Of a stretch of DNA of 20,000 nucleotides, positions 16,382 to 20,000 are shown in pieces. A program made the position numbers and the translations under genes. The stretch lies in the IMG/VR virus record IMGVR_UViG_3300030104_003363; one strand, given 5' to 3'. The notes beneath the pieces were generated by a model. It saw only the letters and a program-made list of their open reading frames with translations, was not told where the DNA came from and did no database searches. Position 1 is the stretch's first letter. Each line of letters opens with the position of its first letter. Source of the DNA: an uncultured virus (IMG/VR IMGVR_UViG_3300030104_003363) (taxonomy: Duplodnaviria; Heunggongvirae; Uroviricota; Caudoviricetes).

Positions 16382-16641
16382 GTGTGCCGGATATGTTTTA
16401 CAATCAAGGTTATATTTACCGGAAAACTAATACACCCTATCAAGATATTTTTGACCGTATAGAAGCAAGTAAATATGCGGGTTGGGGTATACGAAATGGA
16501 CAAAGGGTATTCGTGATAGAATGCACCGACCATGATTGGGATTGCTGTTGTATAGCGTGTATAGATGATGATACAGTTACCGAACATTTAGAGTGGATTG
16601 ATTGGTATAGAAGGACACATTTAGGAGATGAAGAAAAATGA
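16378..16641 (+). CDS. Hypothetical Cys-containing protein (87 aa)
   Basis: ATGA overlap; CTDHDWDCCCIAC cluster. Confidence 0.65.
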   Translation: MSVPDMFYNQGYIYRKTNTPYQDIFDRIEASKYAGWGIRNGQRVFVIECTDHDWDCCCIACIDDDTVTEHLEWIDWYRRTHLGDEEK

Positions 16642-16665
16642 GTAGTTTTTTCTTAAATAAAAAAA

Positions 16666-16699
16666 GACGCTTGCGAAGCAAGAACGACAGACTTAAAAG
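16666..16699 (+). promoter_or_regulatory. Repeated promoter module copy 9
   Basis: GACGCTTGCGAAGCAAGAA; CTTAAAAG at +26; ATG 16722 at +56 (12-aa ORF), then ATG 16753 with GGAGA RBS. Confidence 0.8.
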
Positions 16700-16752
16700 G
16701 GATGGCGTTTTAGGTAGAAACATGGCGAGAGCCGACAAAGGAGATAACAGAA

Positions 16753-16944
16753 ATGAATAAAGAATATGAATATGAAATGGAAAGAGAAATATATCGCTCA
16801 ATGTTAGATTTGATAGACAATGGCGATATTGTAGAAGATATTGAGGATGCAGCAACAAGAAAAAGAATACTGCACGTTAAAACTGTTCTACATAGAATGT
16901 TAGACGCTAATGCGTTTATATCCGTAATTAATGGAGAGGAATAA
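16753..16944 (+). CDS. Hypothetical protein (63 aa)
   Basis: AGGAGA RBS. Confidence 0.65.
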   Translation: MNKEYEYEMEREIYRSMLDLIDNGDIVEDIEDAATRKRILHVKTVLHRMLDANAFISVINGEE

Positions 16945-16945
16945 A

Positions 16946-17197
16946 ATGAATAAAGAAGAAAGAAGTAATATGAATGAGGAATTAAGAAAGAATGCCCCTA
17001 TACCTGCTGATGAGTTTGACATTAGGGGTGTAAGGTTTGAGAATATGTATAACCATATTGAAATGGAGATTGTAAGTAGTTGGGTCGGTGATACAGGCGT
17101 AGTTATATGGACTTCCGATGCCGGAGATATATACACTACTAGAGAGATTAAAACACATTGGATTATGTTAGATATAGAAGAACCACAAGGATGGTGA
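16946..17197 (+). CDS. Hypothetical protein
   Basis: GGAGAGG RBS favours ATG 16946 over 16931. Confidence 0.65.
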   Translation: MNKEERSNMNEELRKNAPIPADEFDIRGVRFENMYNHIEMEIVSSWVGDTGVVIWTSDAGDIYTTREIKTHWIMLDIEEPQGW

Positions 17198-17201
17198 AAG
17201 A

Positions 17202-17369
17202 ATGACTAGAATAACGGTAAAAGTAAAAGTAGAAATAGAAGATGAAATAGAGATTGAAGTAGAGACTGATTTGATGCACGTAAGTATTGAAGAATACATG
17301 GATAATGTACTGTCAAACTTACAAGAGCATATATGTTTAGAAAATTATGCAGATTGGGAAGTGAAATAA
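17202..17369 (+). CDS. 55-aa acidic protein, paralogue A (not in ORF track)
   Basis: MTRITVKVKVEIEDEIEIEVETDLMHVSIEEYMDNVLSNLQEHICLENYADWEVK; GGTGA RBS. Confidence 0.75.
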   Translation: MTRITVKVKVEIEDEIEIEVETDLMHVSIEEYMDNVLSNLQEHICLENYADWEVK

Positions 17370-17537
17370 ATGAGTAGTATAAAGATAAAAGTAAAAATAG
17401 AAATAAATGAAGAAATAGAGATTGAAGCAGAAGATTTGATGCACCAAAGCATTGACGATTATATGGATGAAGTAAGGGATAACCCCCAAGATTACGTAGA
17501 CATAGATAATGGGTTTGATTGGGAGTTGCTTCAATGA
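17370..17537 (+). CDS. 55-aa acidic protein, paralogue B (not in ORF track)
   Basis: MSSIKIKVKIEINEEIEIEAEDLMHQSIDDYMDEVRDNPQDYVDIDNGFDWELLQ; aligns end-to-end with paralogue A. Confidence 0.75.
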   Translation: MSSIKIKVKIEINEEIEIEAEDLMHQSIDDYMDEVRDNPQDYVDIDNGFDWELLQ

Positions 17538-17755
17538 GTATTGAAAAGAAACTACAAGAGATTAGTGATGAATTACAAACGCTAAGAAAGGCGGAAGAGG
17601 CGTGTGAATATGCCATGCACTACATAGGAGAATTAGAACAGGCTTTACCTGCTAACGTGGCTATGAGCCACCATGCAGAAATGGAGATAGATGAAGTGCA
17701 TTCAGAAATTGTAGAAAGAATAATGGAATTAGAAGATAAAATAGGGGCGATATAA
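17534..17755 (+). CDS. Acidic coiled-coil protein
   Basis: ATG 17534 overlaps the paralogue B stop; heptad-like pattern. Confidence 0.7.
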   Translation: MSIEKKLQEISDELQTLRKAEEACEYAMHYIGELEQALPANVAMSHHAEMEIDEVHSEIVERIMELEDKIGAI

Positions 17756-17756
17756 A

Positions 17757-18029
17757 ATGAGTGAATTAAAAAGAGAATATTGGTCGGAGACATTAACTTG
17801 TGTTACCGGAAAAGTAAAGATTGACAGAAGAGAGATTGCGGCAATAGTCGAAAGAAAAATTGGTGGTTTAGATATTCATCTAAAGTCGGGTAGTATTTTT
17901 ACCGTAACAGTATATAATATGAATACAATAGCAAATCTCTATCTAATAGAGTCGCCACATGAAGAGGTGCATACAGTACCTAATACTTTTACCATGAGAG
18001 AAGGTAAAGCACCGGAGAGTGAAGAGTGA
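17757..18029 (+). CDS. Hypothetical protein (90 aa)
   Basis: GGGG RBS; beta-rich IAAIVE...IHLKSG pattern. Confidence 0.7.
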   Translation: MSELKREYWSETLTCVTGKVKIDRREIAAIVERKIGGLDIHLKSGSIFTVTVYNMNTIANLYLIESPHEEVHTVPNTFTMREGKAPESEE

Positions 18030-18118
18030 TGCCTAACAAAAGACAGAATGCGGCACGATTGTATCTATACAATAGAAAATACAAGGCACGAAGAAATTAT
18101 ACTGGGGAAGAGGAATGA
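18029..18118 (+). CDS. 29-aa basic micro-protein
   Basis: MPNKRQNAARLYLYNRKYKARRNYTGEEE; TGATG and ATGA coupling. Confidence 0.5.
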   Translation: MPNKRQNAARLYLYNRKYKARRNYTGEEE

Positions 18119-18216
18119 GTTTTGGAGAAAACAAATGTAATTGCGGTAAAAGAAAAGTTGATTACAAGAAACCTATGTACCCTAATTATTGTGGTGAATG
18201 TATGGGGTGGTACTAA
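18115..18216 (+). CDS. 33-aa Zn-finger micro-protein
   Basis: MSFGENKCNCGKRKVDYKKPMYPNYCGECMGWY; coupled at both ends. Confidence 0.6.
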   Translation: MSFGENKCNCGKRKVDYKKPMYPNYCGECMGWY

Positions 18217-18446
18217 TGCCTCAATTACCTAGAGATGATAAAGATACAGGCTATGCAGGTGATATGCCGACAAGTATTACAAGTATGAGGAATATGAAAA
18301 GCCACCTTAAAAGAAAAATGAGGATGGATGAAATACACCCCGATAATGTAAGTGATGAAGAGATGACTAATTTCTTGATTAGTTGTTTTGGTTTTAGTAG
18401 AGAGTTCTGTGCTAAAGCAGTAGAAGAATGGAGAGATGAATTATGA
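18216..18446 (+). CDS. Hypothetical protein
   Basis: TAATG coupling places the start at 18216 (MPQLPRDD...). Confidence 0.7.
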   Translation: MPQLPRDDKDTGYAGDMPTSITSMRNMKSHLKRKMRMDEIHPDNVSDEEMTNFLISCFGFSREFCAKAVEEWRDEL

Positions 18447-18763
18447 GTAGTTTTGAGGAAAAAGAAATTGAAAACAAAGACATACAGCGAATCGAATTAA
18501 CCTTTGAATCACATTGTCTTATAGATTTGGATGAGGTATTTGATATGGAAGATGGTGATACAAACCCATTTGCCGAAGGTAAAGTAAAACAATGGTGGGT
18601 TAAATATGGAATGTTATATATGGAATTAGATGATGATACTATAATAGAAAGAGATGTAAGTTGGTGGGTAGGAGATGCCTACGAGAACGTGGACACAAAA
18701 TGGCCTACTGCTATTATGGTAGAAGATGAAGAAGGTCATTGGCATAGGAGAGATGTACCATGA
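18443..18763 (+). CDS. Acidic hypothetical protein (106 aa)
   Basis: ATGA overlap, GGAGA RBS; WWVKYGMLY motif. Confidence 0.7.
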   Translation: MSSFEEKEIENKDIQRIELTFESHCLIDLDEVFDMEDGDTNPFAEGKVKQWWVKYGMLYMELDDDTIIERDVSWWVGDAYENVDTKWPTAIMVEDEEGHWHRRDVP

Positions 18764-18948
18764 GTAGTATTGAGGAAAAAGTAATTGCTGAGATTAGAGA
18801 ACGTGCTGAAAAAGGCGAGGCTAAATACGGTACTACAATGGATAGAGATGACCTATCTCTAAAACAATGGCTACAACATCTAAAAGAAGAATTGATGGAT
18901 GGTGTAATTTACACACAAAAAATAATTGATTTGTTGGGGATGAATTAA
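18760..18948 (+). CDS. Conserved phage protein, possible MazG-like all-alpha NTP pyrophosphatase fold
   Basis: ERAEKGEAKYGTTMDRDDL...WLQHLKEELMDGVIY motif is widespread in phages; the fold assignment is inference. Confidence 0.7.
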   Translation: MSSIEEKVIAEIRERAEKGEAKYGTTMDRDDLSLKQWLQHLKEELMDGVIYTQKIIDLLGMN

Positions 18949-18955
18949 TATGAGG

Positions 18956-18989
18956 GACGCTTGCGACACGGAATCGAACACCTTATATA
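18956..18989 (+). promoter_or_regulatory. Repeated promoter module copy 10
   Basis: GACGCTTGCGACACGGAAT; CTTATATA at +26; ATG 19011 at +55. Confidence 0.8.
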
Positions 18990-19010
18990 TAGAAGAAGAG
19001 TAGGGATATT

Positions 19011-19283
19011 ATGAGAAAGGTACAGTTGAAAAGAATGGTCGCTAAGGCACTTATCGGCCAAGAACAAGGCTTAACAGCACAAGAGATTTACGGTAAATTA
19101 AACTACCAAGCACTATCCAAGATTAAGAACCCTAAGCATATATCTAACATACTAAAGAGTATGAAAGGTGTAGGTAAATACAGTACAGGCGTAGGTGTTA
19201 AACTAAATGGAGATAGATATAAAGTAAATCTATACAAGATTGAGGACATGGATGAGATAATGAAACTAGGGGGGCTTAAGTGA
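19011..19283 (+). CDS. Putative winged-HTH DNA-binding protein
   Basis: GLTAQEIYGKL...NPKHISNILK followed by a beta hairpin. Confidence 0.65.
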   Translation: MRKVQLKRMVAKALIGQEQGLTAQEIYGKLNYQALSKIKNPKHISNILKSMKGVGKYSTGVGVKLNGDRYKVNLYKIEDMDEIMKLGGLK

Positions 19284-19603
19284 AGAAGTTAGAACCACAA
19301 TGGCCGTATGTAGATTACGAATATCGAGAAGCAGATGATAATGCACCACATATAGATGATATAATTTATATTATAGGTTTGAGTGAATTAGAATTGGCTA
19401 GGAGAATAGAAGAGTTTGGTATCTATGTACCCGAATATGAGAATCGCATACAGCGATATAGAAATACAATAGAAATGGCCTATGAGTTTATGTTCATAGG
19501 TCAATTTCAAGCGAAAACCCCGCAGAAAACAATTAAGAGATTTAAGAATGCTATTAATAGGGTAAAAGAAACAGTAAGGAGAAATAAAAATGAGCGAGAA
19601 TAG
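19280..19603 (+). CDS. Hypothetical protein (107 aa)
   Basis: GTGA overlap, GGGGG RBS. Confidence 0.65.
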   Translation: MKKLEPQWPYVDYEYREADDNAPHIDDIIYIIGLSELELARRIEEFGIYVPEYENRIQRYRNTIEMAYEFMFIGQFQAKTPQKTIKRFKNAINRVKETVRRNKNERE

Positions 19604-19790
19604 AATGAGAAGATGGATAAACTTTGGAAAATACAGCAGCCCACCGATAGGTAGGGGGAAAATATTAGATTGTGAGTTTAGAACATGGGAAACGGACTAC
19701 CCACACAGATTATATCTCAAACTAGAAATTGATGGTGTTGTGTATGAAGGTACATTACCCGTAAAAGTAAGTGAGGATGAGGAAGAATGA
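19590..19790 (+). CDS. Hypothetical protein (66 aa)
   Basis: AGGAG RBS. Confidence 0.65.
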   Translation: MSENRMRRWINFGKYSSPPIGRGKILDCEFRTWETDYPHRLYLKLEIDGVVYEGTLPVKVSEDEEE

Positions 19791-20000
19791 GTGATGGAAG
19801 AGGTCAAGAATATCTTGATGAGAATCTGTGTTTGCATGAGAATGTTTATATTGACGGGTTTGAGATTATTAACAAGCCCGACCCTACTAATCCAAGTGCA
19901 GACGTTCTTATTACTTTGCGTTGTGAAAAATGCGGAGATACACAAGAACATACTTTAGATTTAGAAGATGTAATATACGATTTAGATTTGGGGTGGAATG
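19787..20000 (+). CDS. Partial acidic protein with CxH...CxxC (runs off window)
   Basis: MSDGRGQEYLDENLCLHENV...LRCEKCGDTQ...; ATGA overlap; open to the window end. Confidence 0.6.
   Translation, partial: MSDGRGQEYLDENLCLHENVYIDGFEIINKPDPTNPSADVLITLRCEKCGDTQEHTLDLEDVIYDLDLGWN

Noticed and set aside
17206..17616. Hydrophobic minus-strand ORFs (17206-17616, 17337-17534)
   Set aside because: Antisense shadows of the purine-rich plus-strand paralogue pair.
9878..18989. Classical integron attC sites or IS ends
   Set aside because: No GTTRRRY/RYYYAAC boxes, and no integrase or transposase in the window; the fixed TATA/ATG spacing fits a promoter better.
1..20000. tRNA or rRNA genes
   Set aside because: No cloverleaf or T-loop signatures seen by eye in the intergenic regions; tRNAscan-SE would confirm.

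Overview
AT-rich segment of a tailed dsDNA virus (Caudoviricetes), most likely one that infects archaea. The evidence is TATA boxes 29-30 nt upstream of start codons (leaderless mRNAs), GGTGA/GAGGTGAT ribosome-binding sites and CxxC micro-proteins; a Marine Group II 'magrovirus'-like origin is plausible but is only an inference. Left (1-5220): packaging genes, with the portal on the minus strand diverging from an HTH-metallophosphoesterase, a 38-aa Zn-ribbon and the terminase large subunit. Middle (about 7400-10930): a largely non-coding control region with 36 hand-counted copies of (C)CCTACAAAA in both orientations (a 37th lies at 12705), a 5x15-bp tandem array, and a ~380-bp segment bounded by inverted repeats where transcription diverges. 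Right (9317-20000): a dense co-oriented array of small early/accessory genes, including a DUF932 protein, a pyrimidine-dimer glycosylase-like protein and acidic tandem paralogues. This array is punctuated by ten copies of a promoter module (ACGCTTGCGAAGCAGAAT, then a TATA box exactly 26 nt after the motif start, then an ATG 55-56 nt after the motif start in 8 of 10 copies). In four genes the module also encodes the C-terminus (DAC[E/D]) of the upstream protein. The two motif systems are the most notable features. All counts and coordinates were made by eye.
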